Numbered from the stretch's first letter, positions 42,524-56,009 are shown. The stretch is DNA of 64,000 nucleotides from the human T2T-CHM13v2.0 reference genome, Homo sapiens (GCF_009914755.1 NC_060932.1), one strand, 5' to 3'. Notes: generated by a model from the letters alone, not told the origin. Made by a program: numbers and translations.

Positions 42524-43098
42524 TATATTAGTCAGGGTTCTCCAGAGAAACAGAACAAATGGATAGGTGTAGATATAGATATAGATGGATATATTAAAAT
42601 ATATTTATTATGAAGGATTGGCTTATGTGATTATGGAGGCCGAGAAGTCTCACAGTCTGCCATCTCCAAGCTGGAGACCCAGGAAAGCCAATGGGGTTGT
42701 TCCAGTGCAAATCCAAAGGCCTGATCCAGGAGAACTGATGGTGTAGGTCCCAGTCTGAGTTTGAAGGCCTGAGAACTGTGTCCAATGGTGTAAGTCTAGC
42801 TCTGAATCCAAAGGCTCAAGAACCAAGAGTGTCCATGTCTGAGGGCAGGAGAAAATGATGTTCAGCTCAAGCATAGAACAAATTTGCCCTTCCTCCACCT
42901 TTTTGTTCTGTTTAGGCCATTAACAGATTAGAGGATACCCACCTGCATTGGTGAGGATAATCTTCTTCACTTAGTCTACTGATTCTAATGCCAATCTCTC
43001 CTGGAAGAGCTTTACAGACACACCTAGAAAGAGTGTTTTTACCATCTACCTGGGCATCACTTAGCCCAGTCAAGTTGACGCATAAATTAATTGTTAAG
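42524..43098 (-). mobile_element. MLT2B-like ERVL solo LTR
   Basis: 'tattagtcagggttctccagagaaacagaac'...'cccagtcaagttgacgcataaattaa'; TSD CCCAA at 42519-42523 and 43099-43103. Confidence 0.9.
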
Positions 43099-44056
43099 CC
43101 CAACAATTACACTCATCGGCATATACACCATAGAAAGGTGTTCATCAAAAGAGATGTGCATGAACAGTCACAGCAGCATTACTTGTAATAGCCCCAAATT
43201 GGAAACTATCCAAATCCTCATCAATAATGGAATGGATAAATATATGGTGCTATCTTTATATAATAAAATACTACTCAGCAATAAAAAAGACCATAATTAT
43301 ACAAAATAATATGGGTTTCTCACAAATATAATGTTGATCAAAAGAAGAGTGTACCCAATATGTCCATTTATAGAGTAAATTGGCAAAATTAATCTGTGTT
43401 GTTAGAAGTCAGGATACTATTATCCTTGGGTAGGTAGGAATTGGAAGGATCACAGAGGGGTGCTTGCAACCTTCTGTTTTTTGATATGAGTGCTGATTAA
43501 AAGGGTGGATAAGGTTTTAAAAATTTATTACTGTAAAGATATGAATTGTACACTTTTTTGTGTGTATGTACAAAACATCTTTTATATATTAAACCTCTCT
43601 AAAAAGTTTTTAAAATGGGATTGCATATGTGATGTTCTTAGAACTGCACCTGGCATGTGATAAGCTCTAAACTCTATTAGCAATTATTATTGCTGTGATT
43701 GATGTTCTTGATGTATTATCTACAAAAAGCAATAAGCCTGAGTCCTGTTCCTTATGTATTAAAAGAGAAAATTAGCAAGCATTAGAAAGAAAAGACAATT
43801 TTCACTAACGTAAGGCTATCTCACTGACATAATCAGAAGAACTGAAAAATAATTTAAAAGGCATAGCTTTCTTCTTCAATGGTTCAACGCCTTTCATTGC
43901 TGGACTACCTGTGGCACACATCACTCCATGTGGAAAACACTTCAGTTTATCAAATAATGTAGCTACTTTGGAGAGACTATGTCTAACTCACCCTAACACA
44001 GGCTTATCACAATGAGGCACCCCTTCTAATTAAGTTTATTTTTCTCCTAAGTCTCA

Positions 44057-44395
<339 letters not shown>

Positions 44396-45559
44396 GTTGC
44401 CAAATAATACTGACTTCTGGAATCTTCAACTCAATAGTACCTGAGGAGATGTAAAGCTCAATTCCAGGAAGGGAGGCAGAGGTGGCCATGCTGGGTCAAT
44501 CCCATATGGAAAGAGAATGACCAGTAATATGGAAAATATAGGAAATTGTCCAAAATTTTCAAAGAAGACTTTCAGTTCTTTTGTTTGTATGCTTGGTAAA
44601 TTATAATAGAGTGCAATTTTAAATCAAAAATAGAAAATATTAGTATCAATATTATATCAAATAATATGATTAAGACAATAATATTTGCTCCTTAACATTT
44701 ATAACAATATGGTTCCTCACCCACAGATTAGAGAATTAACTATGAAAAGAAAGCTAACAAACAAATGCAATATTAAAATAGGTAGACATTCACAATAGTT
44801 TAGGACCTCATCTTCTGCAATTCCATGCCTTTCCATTGGTTTAGCAAATATTCTCAAACACTGACAATTGCACAGGGGATGACCTCATCTACTTTGGGTT
44901 TGGCTTCAATAATAATATAAAAATATTTTAAAATAGCTTTTCAAAGTAAAAATGATACATTTTATGGACCCAGAGACTAAGGTTATCCAACACATAATTG
45001 CGAATTAATTTTAAGCAGATGAAGTGAAAAGTCTCTGGTCAGTGGGTATTTACCTAATGGCTTTTAATTATTGAGATCAATGTAATATTTTTCCTCTTGA
45101 TTTCTCAATCCTATTTGGTAAACCATTTCTCCTGTGCTCTTGCAGAGATCAGAGCTTTGATTTGCTTTAACAAGTGTGTATGACAATATCTGTTTGGCAC
45201 TGCCCTTGCTAGAACACCACCAGTTGGTCCATCTGTGTTAAAATGGCAGCTGGAAGAACTAAAGCAGGTCAGAAAAAGGAGCAAATTCATGAAAGAAATT
45301 CTTCTAAGGTTGCTGAGATGTTTTAGTTACGGGCACCAAGTTAGAGAGTTGGTATTACCATTAAGAGGGGGAAATAGGCCTTGTGAATGGGCATGGCTGC
45401 GGGTAAAAGTTATATAAGATTTTGTGATTTCCCTTATTTCTTTATTTGCCTCTTGGTCACAGCGTCCCTTGCATTTTAATTTCTATTATTCCCTGATCCT
45501 TGGATATCTGGCTCTATCTTCTTTATTCTCCCACTATAGTAGTATACTGCTGGCCAGCA

Positions 45560-45790
45560 CTATTATTCACTTTCTCTATGCCAGGGACTATATTAAGCAA
45601 TTTTTATGTACTACCTCATTTAATACTCACAACATCCCTATATGACTTACATCACTGTCTACGTTTCACTGATCAGGGGAACTGAGGCCTAGAGAGGTTA
45701 AGTAAATTTTCTAGAAATCAGAGAGCCAGTCCGTTGGTGCCAGATCAGCAACATGAGGACTCTGCCTCTAACACTGAAGTCTACTGCCTA
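45560..45790 (-). mobile_element. MIR
   Basis: 'gaactgaggcctagagaggttaagtaa'. Confidence 0.8.
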
Positions 45791-46509
45791 GGAAGTGACC
45801 TTCACCCTCCCATCTTGTAGCACCTATCAGTTTGCCCCACCGGGGGAAGAAACAGCTGTTATATATGATTCCACATTCTATGAAGGAGCCAGTAAAATAA
45901 TCTCATGAGTGACAATAGATCTAAAATCTATTTACCAATGGGGATATTGGGCCCTTCTTTGGGAACTGTGAGAAAGAGAGTAAAGATGCCCTCCTGCTGT
46001 TTCCTAATATCTGGTAGGAACATTCCAGATGGAGGAAGGAAGCACTTATTGGAGATTGGGAGTTAGGAAGGAGTTGAGGACAAGCAGAAGAAACCTAGAT
46101 TTTGTATTCTCCTTCCTACTTAATTGGCAGCTCCTATGATTTCAAAGTCTATTACAAGCTGTAATTCCCACCACACAGACCCAATGTTTGTCTGACAGAT
46201 GTAGGGTCAGAAAAGGGGTCATTTCACTACCCAGGAAGTCTCGATAAAACCACTGAGGCAATTCTAAGTCTCTGCCTCTGAGACATTGTTCTGGACTCCT
46301 TGATTATATTGCTACTACTTTCCATTAAATAAATTCCTCCAAGAAAAGGAGATCTGCTGAGTAAATAAAATGGTTTGGCACTGGTCTCTTTCCACTGAGG
46401 AAGGCGTATGGCAAATTTGTAACATACAGTGGTGTCAGGTGACACCTTGGTGAAAAGGAAAAAACCAGGCAATGCTGCCGAGGGTTTCCCACCAAGTTCA
46501 AACTTGTAT

Positions 46510-47020
46510 AGGATATCTCTTGTGCCTTGCATCTAATCCTCTTGGCTCAATCTTTATTTCTGGGCACTGCTGCAGCAACGAATTCTCACAGATGTAACCT
46601 GACAGCACTATATATCTCTCGTTTTCGGCCTGGGGATTCTTGGATGCAGTAGCGTGGGGTGGATTTGAGTGCTTATTAACACTGCATGTAGCCCATTTTG
46701 CCCATTTTGACTCATGGTGGAAGAAATCTGGTCCCTTATCTCCCTGAAGTAGACATTTTGAGGCACATTTCTCTAAGACACCTCAGAAGGCCTTGGCCGT
46801 ATTGAGTTCCAGTTGTCCACTACGGAGATCAGCATAGCATATTAACAGTGAATTGGCTTTCTCTCCTTCTCTGTTTCACTCTCTCTAATCCTTCCTTCCT
46901 GTTCTCTTGTCCTGCTAGCTCAATAGACTACCTGCACAAAAGCACTTGTCTCAGATTCTGCTTTCTGGCAGGGGGTGGATGGTGAAGGTAGGGAGGTTGT
47001 AGTGAGTCTCAGGCAAACAC
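46510..47020 (+). mobile_element. LTR16-like ERVL LTR
   Basis: 'tctcttgtgccttgcatct', 'ggctttctctccttctctgtttcactct', 'actacctgcacaaaagcacttgtctcagattctgctttctgg'. Confidence 0.65.
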
Positions 47021-47073
47021 AAAGCCTAAGTAGAATGGAAAATTGGAAAGAAGAAAGTGTGAATAAAAAAGGT

Positions 47074-47526
47074 TGTCAACAGACAAAATTACAATAAGTT
47101 TAGTTTAAACATCTAATTGCCTTTTGTGTGTGAGTCTAGAATTGGACAACACCTCATTCCATAAGATAGAATGAGTGTTCCCCTGTGTATGACAAAACAG
47201 ATGGTTTTTGTAAGGTAGAAACAAGAAAAAAGAACAACAAAAAGAATAGATTGGTTAATATCAGGCTACTACAGGGCTCTTTCCTTGTAAAGGTTAGAGC
47301 AGAAGGGACTTCCTCATTATCTCAGGTAGACTGGGTTCTTACTGATTGTTGAAATCTGTTTTAAGGAAAAACTGGCTTGTTTGGGGATTTGACTGCTTCC
47401 TTAAAGTTTCAGTTTGATTATGTGACATTTAGCATGAGTGGCTCCATTTTGGTTTGGTCTGGTCTGCTGGGGCCTAGGACAAGAGGCTGGTCTAAAATAA
47501 TGCCTTCCCATAAATTTTGTTTAATG
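47074..47526 (-). mobile_element. MER67-like ERV1 solo LTR
   Basis: 'ctccattttggtttggtctggtctgctggggcctagg...cttcccataaatttt'; antisense homologue of 7636-8054. Confidence 0.82.
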
Positions 47527-49669
47527 GTGTATACATACATACATATTTCTGTTATCTTAAAATTCATTCAAAAACGTATTGCAGACATTTAATGATAATG
47601 GAATTAGTGTAATAAACCAAAAAGCATTAAACACAATAAAAAAGCAAAACCACTTTGTAAATGAAAAGATATTTGTATCAAATCCCCACGTCCTGCTGCC
47701 TTAGTAGAGCAATTGCATGAAACCTTTATCTCTGAGTTTCTTAGCAGTTGGAGTGACAATGAAAACATACACATCTCAGTATTCAGTTGTTGAGAGCAAA
47801 CTGACTAATCAGAAGTAAATGCTTTCTGGATTTTTGAGCAGTGGCAGCTCATTACATTTCAGGTATTAAGGATGGAATGAATAACGTGAGATTTCCATTT
47901 CATTAAGGAGGTCCTGCCCCAATATTATCAGATGAAAAACGGTAAGAAGTTTCATCTCCTGGTCATTTTTGTTATAATTATAGATGGAGTTTTGTATCAA
48001 AAATTGGAAACTGTATCACCATGTTTTTTTTTTTTATAGATGGCACATTGGATAATGTAATGAACAACGTACTTAATAGTAGAGTTACACAAATTACGGA
48101 GGCATTCTCTGGGGGCTACTTCATCTGTTAACTCTTCATCAGTGCCAAAGATATGGCATCTAAAATGCTAGAACTTTTCTAAAAAAAATGGCTCTGGGCT
48201 GTTTAAAATGCATAAAAATGTGCTCAAATGCCAACTGATTGAACCATGAAAAAATGACCATTATTTGGAAAACAAGTCAGAGATCAACACTTAAGCAAAC
48301 TACAGTAGAATTAGAATATAATCCTAATAATGGTAAATTTTGAGCAAAACTGCAATCCTGATGAACTTTGAGTCAGATAAAATAGTTCCATATTGCACTC
48401 CCAGATAATGAAATAAATTAACATGTTAAACAATATTTCTTAATTATGCAAGTATGACAACTTTATTGCAAATGTCTCCATTCTCTTCTGTACTTATGGC
48501 ACACATTCTTATTGGCATTCCTCCCTGTTGATCTTGGAAGCAGCCTCTGAACTTCTTAACACAGTACTCCAGATATTGAAAAGAATAAGATGCTGCAGGT
48601 GAGTTGAATATTATTGGTTATTATTTGTATGTCTTAACCGTCTAGATGAGAAAACATGGCTGCCGAAAATAATTTCTTCTCATTTATATGAAACAGACCA
48701 CAGATCTCACAGTGTCTTCAGGCTGCTCCTGGGATACAGGATAAAATTTGTTCACTGTATTCAATACAGAGAACAAATGAGTGTGAAAATAGAATGAGAT
48801 TTCCAACCTAAATCTAAGAATCACAAAGTTGTAGGGTTTTTCATCTGGCTTAAAAAAGTGTTGATATATGGAAATATGAGACAAATCTGAGGTGGAGGAA
48901 GCTTCTTTACCTAAATGAATCACTTTGCCAGGAAGATAAGGCCCACAATAGATATAAATGTCCATCAAGTATTATAATAGCTATCATTTCTTTAATAAAA
49001 AGAAGGCAGCAGCATGACATAACATGCCTCCCATTCAGAAGAACACTTCCAAAGATTCCCCACCCCACCAGCTCTCAACTCTCTCCACCATCTCAGCTAC
49101 AGGTTAGTGTGGGACAGGCACTTAGAATTCTTGAAAATACGATTGGCAAAGAGAAAACTCCATCTGCAAATGTAACAAAAATAACCAGAAGATGAAACTC
49201 TTCCTAGATTATCTCACATTTTTCATCTGATAATATTAGGGTAGGACCTTCTCCATGAAACACAAATCACATATGTTATTCATTTCCCATTCTTAATTCC
49301 TGAAATGTCATGAGCTGCTACTGCTCAAAGAATCAGCTCTGATTGTTGTCAAGGGTGAGATGTACAAAGGAAAATATATATTCTATTATAGACTTTAAAT
49401 GGAATCCTCTTCATCTTTAATGTGAGTAGATTAATAAAATGTTTGCAAAGTGACTAATAGTAATAGTAGAGAATATTAGTTTAAAATAAATGTATGAAGC
49501 TTCTTTGGAATAAGTAATGCTAAAACCAAATATTGATTTATTAAAGTTCTAATGTTATACATATCCTTTATGGTTTATAGATATTAAGTAATCATACATA
49601 GCTAGAAAAAATTAACAAGAGTAAAATCAACTGCATTTTAGGTCAATAGAGGTTACATAAAGAGAAATA

Positions 49670-49749
49670 TTAAGTTGGTGCAAAAGTAATTGCAGTTTTT
49701 GACATTACTTTCAGTGGCAAAAACTGCAATTGCTTTTGCACCAACCTAA
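49670..49749. mobile_element. MADE1 mariner-derived MITE (miR-548-type hairpin)
   Basis: 80 bp with 37-bp terminal inverted repeats ttaagttggtgcaaaagtaattgcag.../...ctgcaattgcttttgcaccaacctaa; TA on both sides. Confidence 0.95.
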
Positions 49750-50207
49750 TAACATAATCAAGTAGTTTAAGAGTTACTAAGTTAGATCACTGTAGACAGG
49801 TCTTTTTTCATGAATAGTATGTGAAAATATTATTATTGTTTCAATAGCCCTCATCTGTTAGTCTAGTAATAATATATTTTATGCCTAAATTTCTTTCTGG
49901 TCATGGGTAATTTTCAGGGAGATTAATTCTAGGTTACTGTTTTGTCAATTTTTTAAAAAGGAAGTAAATGTCACAAGCATAAAGAGAATCTCAGTTACTT
50001 CATCCGTGAAAATGAAAGGCATCCATTTATTTAGAGAAGTGTAATTCAGTGTGAATTATTTAGCACTTATAGTCATAAGCTGTTAGCAGTAGAAGGAACC
50101 TTAGGGATTTCCTAGTTCAAAGATTTTCAAGGACAATCTTTGGATTCCTTGAGCTCCTCAGTTGGGCCAGGGGCTTGCCCGCTCATCTCCTTACTTGGTT
50201 AGACCAG

Positions 50208-50215
50208 ATATATAA

Positions 50216-50248
<33 letters not shown>

Positions 50249-50499
50249 AATTTTACTTAAGTTCTGGGATGCATGTGCAGAATGTGCAGGTTTGTTACCT
50301 GGGTATACATGTGCCATGGTGGTTTGCTGCACCTATCAACCCATCATCTAGGTTTTAAGCCCCACATGCATTAGGTATTTGTCCTAGTGCTCTCCCTCCC
50401 CTTGCCCCCCACCCCCTGACAGGCCCCAGTGTGTGATGTTCCCCTCCATGTGTTCATGTGTTCTCATTGCTCAGCTCCCACTTATGAGTGAGAACATGC
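50208..50499 (-). mobile_element. 5'-truncated L1PA (PA7/8-like) 3' end with (TA)n tail
   Basis: 'catgtgcagaatgtgcaggtttgttac...tctaggttttaagccccacatgcattagg...cttatgagtgagaacatg'; TSD tagaccag at 50200-50207 and 50500-50507. Confidence 0.92.
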
Positions 50500-51499
50500 T
50501 AGACCAGTTATATTTTTAACTGTTTTATGTAACGGTATTACTTGTAAGGTTGAATTTGAAAAAATAATTCTGCTACTAAAAAATAGGCAAATAGCCCATA
50601 TATCCCCCCTCATTTTACCAATAATTATAGGATTCTCAAGAAATAAAAAGACTTCACCATGAAGATGCTGTTTTGGTAGTAGAGCCAAGTGCCGATGATC
50701 CTTCCACTGAAGTGTGGCACTTTTATCTGCACAGGATTTAGGAAAACAGCTTCTGCTCAAAAGTATGTGTATAGATTTTTAAGTTTTAAAGCTCAGTTAA
50801 AGAAAAAGAAATGAGTGAAAATTCTAAGTTTCGGTCAAGTTTTTATGTATGAATATTAGTTGTTTCAGAAGTCAGAAATACTAGGCTATTTTGATAAATC
50901 TGATTAGTCCAGCAAGTTTGAAAAAAAAAATGCATGAGGAAATAAAGGAAAAAAGGAACAGGGAAGGAGGAAGGAAGAAAAAAAAGTAAGCAAGCAAGCA
51001 AGAGAAAGAAAAATTAAGAAGAAAGAAAAGATTTGAAAAGATAACTTATTTTTTTCAAATATAGCTACATTTGAGGCTGATAGCTCCAAATCTTTTTTTT
51101 TATCTTAGGTAATTAAAGTATTAAATTTCCTTTTACCTAATACCATACAGAAAATGAACATTTGATGAAAACTACTTTTATTTGGGTTGTGATTATTCTA
51201 CTTTTAAATTTTATGTGTCCTGTTCTATGTGTGTGATGGCATTTTATAAACTAAATGGCAAACTGTTCTAAAACAAAAAATATGAAAAGTTAATATAACT
51301 AATATAACTTTAAAAAAGCTCCACATTGGACATTCTCAACAGAGAGAATATGTCTAAAGCAAAATTAAAAACATAACTTAAAATTATCTAAGAATTTCAA
51401 GGACTGTTGTTACATATATGAATTAAGACTTCCAGTTTTTATGAAAAGGTGAGAGATGCTAAAAAACTGCTCTGCAAATCAAATAGCCTAATTTGTTCA

Positions 51500-51700
51500 T
51501 ATTATAATTCCTTTTATATTGCATTGATGTTATAGTGTTTCTTTACTTATTTGTCTCTCCTCAAAGACTGCAATTTCCTTAAGGTAAGTATATCTTACCC
51601 CTTAGTAATTTGTTTTCTGTACCTCACAACTCTCACAGGCATGCTGTAGATGTGTTATTAATATTTATTTAGTGAATGAATGCATGAATGAATAAACATG
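51500..51700 (+). mobile_element. L2 3' end
   Basis: 'tttgtctctcctcaaagactgcaatttcctt'...'aatatttatttagtgaatgaatgcatgaatgaat'. Confidence 0.7.
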
Positions 51701-52099
51701 AGTGACTCTGCACAATGAGGTTCTGGGTTACTTGTACTTTCTGGTATCTCTTTAAAAGTCTGTTTTGTTTAGACTATTCTCACTTCAAAGTAACTTGGTA
51801 ACAAAAATAGAATTACATGTCCAGATTTCCTCACTATTCTCTACACTACTTTAGTGACTTAAAGACATTAGTGGAAACCAAATTCACATTTTTCTAAATC
51901 ATTTATAATAGCACAGAGGAGTAGAATTCTAGCCCAATCAAGTACAGATGGGTAATGTACTTAAGCACCTTTACTTTCAATTATAAAACAAAATACACAG
52001 ATATAAGCACACAAGTACATAGACACATACATGAGAGTAAGTCCAGTACTTCCTCTTTTTAAGTTCCCAACAGATTATTTACTTTAAGAGAAAATAATA

Positions 52100-52330
52100 A
52101 TGTATATTACGTAATAAGCACATACTACGTGCCACATTCTATGTAAGCATTGACATATATTGCTTGATCTTTACAACATTCTTATGAAATATGATCCACT
52201 ATTATTCCCATTATATACTTGAGGAAATCAAAGTTTAGAGAGGTTAGTAGTCATATATTGCTTTTACATTGAAAGGCTTTGTTTCAAGCCCAGGTGTATC
52301 CAGTCTTGCACATTTTTACATATCACCTAA
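52100..52330 (-). mobile_element. MIR
   Basis: 'attattcccattatatacttgaggaaatcaaagtttagagaggtta'. Confidence 0.75.
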
Positions 52331-54159
52331 GCATATATCAGAGTCTGGTCTGGATCAGCAAAGAAGGAAGGTCTTAAAATGTCTGAAAGTGTTTGGAAAT
52401 GCCTCACTTCAAAACAGAGTTACAAGTCCAAAATTTTTTGTTTTTTGCTTTCTCCTGTTTGACTTCAGTGATTTTCTAACATCAGAGAAAAAAAAAATTC
52501 ATGTGCATTTAAAAAAATCTCCGGTTGGCATTTCAACCAAAGCCAGGATAAACTGGTGGTCTTCTTCCCACATATGCACCCTTTAGATAGCAGCCCTCTG
52601 GCTTTTTTTAGTAGGTAGCTCAGTTTAGTTTCATTTGAAACAGAGTCATCTCTTTTGTTAATTTACAAATTTAAAAGATCAGTGAAGTGTGAGAGTGAAA
52701 TGGATATAAAAATACAAGAACATATGCAGAGGGTGCTGAGAAGAGGCAGACAATACAGTGTTTCTCAGCATGAGGGCTGCTCTGTCGCATTACTACTTGG
52801 GACATCTGTGCCTGCACCAAGCTGTCTCAGAGACAGGCTTCAAGCCAAACCATCACGCAGACTTTGTCCTCCACACATAGTCATGGCAATTTTGGTATTC
52901 AGAAGCACCTGCCTGCAAATACAATTTGCTCACTGATGCTGCAAGGGGCATAAGAATTATGCACTGTCTCCATCTAATAACACCTTTGCAGTCTCTCCAC
53001 AGCAGGGGCTCTGCACGGATCTTTTAATCTTCTCGCCCTCTGTAGGAAGTAAGAACTATGATTTCTCTTCCCCTCACACATTAAATTGTATTACCAGGTA
53101 GCAATGGGGCAGTGCCAGCTGAATAAAATTGATAGCAAAAGCAGACAGAAGAATTGCAATGTCCTCAGCTGACTTCAAGGGAGAGAAATTTTATTTCAAA
53201 AGCAATAAGTCAATGAGTCATGAGCCCCAGTGCTGTGCAAGCACTCTGGTGTTGCTCACCAAATCTGCAGCTAGGGATGGCGTGGAACAGACATCACCTG
53301 CTATCAGCCAACATAACTGAGGTGGCTTTGTCAGACAACTTACCTGAGGTGGCTCTATCAGCAATCGAGCCTCATCACCCTTGTCCTTTTGCAAACCTGT
53401 ACAGTTGCTATCCTCCTGCATTTTTGGATTGCACTTATGCTTCAATAAATAGCTGCATTAAAACAGGATGTTGCCTTCACTTATTTAAATATTCCTAAGC
53501 ATAGCTAGTAGGGATGGCTTTTCGATTACTAAATTCAAGCTCATCAGGAAGGTGCATAAGTGATATATCACTGAGGCATATTGTGAGAAATGTTTTCTAA
53601 TTGTAGGAATCCTGCTGCTTATTCCTGACAAGAAGCTGTTATAAAAGGTTGAATAATATCTTTGGGATTCATAAATTATGAATGCAGTCCTCTCTCTGCC
53701 ATGGATGCCATGGTATGTATGTTGCTTATAGCCTTTCAAATGCCGCAGCTAATGTATGCATTGCCAGTGTCGTCACCACTATTTCAATTTATAAAGGATA
53801 CTAAGATAACTTTCCCCAAAATACATTCCTTGGAACACCAATACTGCGTAATACGGTTCTACGGAAACATCATATCAAGAACTGTTCCTGTGAATTGGTA
53901 GGAGTAAGATAAACTCTATCTTTTGCATTTTTCAAAATTATTTAGTAAGAAACTTACTTTTCTCAAAATATCTTGAGGGATAAAAACCCATTAGAATCGC
54001 CATTTGAGGAAAGAATGTGAAAACAAAGAGCAACATAATTGTTACCATCCAAATATTCATGACGGGATATAGGGATGAGAGCAGCGCAACCTGTTCTCTA
54101 TTTGAGTATTACTTTTCCTCCTCAGATTAAGACCCAATACACTGATTTCCATTAAGTTT

Positions 54160-54310
54160 TCTTTATATCATAATAGACATGTAGCAAAAACAGCAAAGAC
54201 TATGTCTATATTGTTCACTCTTGGATTCCCAGAATAAGGCACATACTAGGTGCTTAGTAGGTAAATGCTTGTTCAATAAATGAAGGAATAAATAGATGAA
54301 AGAATGGCTG
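54160..54310 (+). mobile_element. L2 3' end
   Basis: 'ttgttcactcttggattccc...ggcacatactaggtgctta...aaatgcttgttcaataaatgaa'. Confidence 0.65.
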
Positions 54311-54495
54311 AGTCTGCACATGGCTCTTTACATGTGTGGTTACTTATGATATCGCACTATTTTCAGAAATATGTGGGCAGTATTAGGACAGATGTTTCTA
54401 AGCCACCACAGTGGCTCTGCTCTCCTCCCTATAACTTGTAAATAATAAAATCACATGCACATTTCAAAATGTCAGCCTCTGTTGCTGGCTGTGTT

Positions 54496-54509
54496 GTTGC
54501 CTTGGCAAC
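54496..54509. promoter_or_regulatory. RFX X-box motif
   Basis: GTTGCCTTGGCAAC, one base from the palindromic RFX consensus GTTGCCATGGCAAC, in non-repeat sequence; occupancy unknown. Confidence 0.55.
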
Positions 54510-55746
54510 ATAGACTATGACATTATAAGCTATGGTCTCTGCCATGCAGTTATTTGAGAGTTACCCTGCAGAGTTCCACAATGAGATATTGTTATTATGG
54601 ATCGCTTACCACCCCCTGGTCTGAACATTGATGTGTGTGTGCCTGTGAGAAGGAGGCTTACCTTATGTTAATTCTCTTTATTATTTGGGCCTAGTATTCC
54701 AATGGCTAAATAATTATTTTATCCTCCTTCATTTGCTTCAATTATGCTCATAGTGGATAGCATACTGTGTATGAAAATATACTCGACTGCTGATGATCCG
54801 ACTTTGGGATTTTACAGACCAGAAGAACTCATTAAACAGAGGAACAAATCTATGCTTGTCCACTTTTATTATTGCTAAGTAAAGGCAAAAAATAAAAATA
54901 ATTACCCAGTATCCTAGTTTTATTAAAGAACAGGCATTTTGTTTTCCCCAAAGAAAGAAGCATACTTTTAAAATAAAGGGCAGCCTTGAATTTGAAGAGC
55001 CCTATAAAATATCAATCACATTGCCTTTATTCAATTTATTAGACTTGAAAATTTCCCCATGGACAGACCATATTCTGCAAACACATAAGTGACAACCTCT
55101 TTTAAAACAGGATAGTAGGAAAAGAAAGGTGACTATGAAATATAAGAATCATTATTCTAGATAAGGAATGTCCTGTACAACCTAAAATTCTATCCCGTCA
55201 GTGGCACCAGGGAACACAGAACAAGGCTCAGCTCATCATGCCAAACTCCAGACTGCATGTGTTCAAGTTCACAGGCATTAACTTTCTCCACTCTCCTCAA
55301 GGAGTCAGCCCACCTCTGAACTCTCCCTCTTGCTTATTCCCAACAAGAATAATATACAAGGAATATACAAGGAGTAAGGAGTATACAACCCCACTTCTCT
55401 CTTGAGAAAACTGAGGCCAAACATCTTGTGATTCCATAGGTACCAGTTACCTAAATCTCTACTCATCCTCTCCAGGCTTGGACCTTCTATTATGTCCACT
55501 TGTTTGAATTTTCTGACTCTTGGCTGACACCTGTGTTTTAGTATTTACTTTGCTCCACAGTGAAGTACTAAATTTGGTTTGTTTTGGTCCATATTGACTG
55601 TTCATGTAATTACTATGGCCCTGAAAGAAGATGTTAACTCCATTACCTTTCTCACAATGGTTCTCAGGCAAGGTCTCCCTCTGGTAAACCCACCCAGGTG
55701 TGTGCCCTCTCTGTTCCAGCTCCTCAGCTCACCACGGATGGGATAA

Positions 55747-55860
55747 ATTGGGTCAGACAAGTTCTTGTGCATCTGGTTTTATGTGGGGTCAGAGATGTAT
55801 TTATGTATTGGGTGAGACAAGTTCTCGTGGATCTGGTTTTATGGAGGGGTCAGAGATGCA
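55747..55860 (+). repeat. Two-copy tandem duplication, 60-bp period
   Basis: attgggtcagacaagttcttgtgcatctggttttatg-tggggtcagagatgta versus attgggtgagacaagttctcgtggatctggttttatggaggggtcagagatgca. Confidence 0.9.
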
Positions 55861-56009
55861 CTGTGTTTTCCAATCTAGCTATTTCCAGGGATCCCTGAGT
55901 GAAGCATAAACCATGATCTCCATCAGGCTTCCTGTTCTTTGTGTATGTCCAGCACTTCCCAGAATCTTGGGGAGTCAGAGTTAAGTGGTAGGATTACGAC
56001 ATAAACCCC

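Noticed and set aside
47863-47941. Coding exon bounded by ttcag and gtaaga
   Set aside because: The most plausible frame hits a stop before the donor and the acceptor is weak; at best non-coding and unsupported
54400-54420. CTCF site at gccaccacagtggctctg
   Set aside because: Needs a gap and several mismatches to fit the CTCF core
55747-55860. CRISPR-like repeat-spacer array
   Set aside because: Only two diverged, near-adjacent copies in a eukaryotic context with no cas genes
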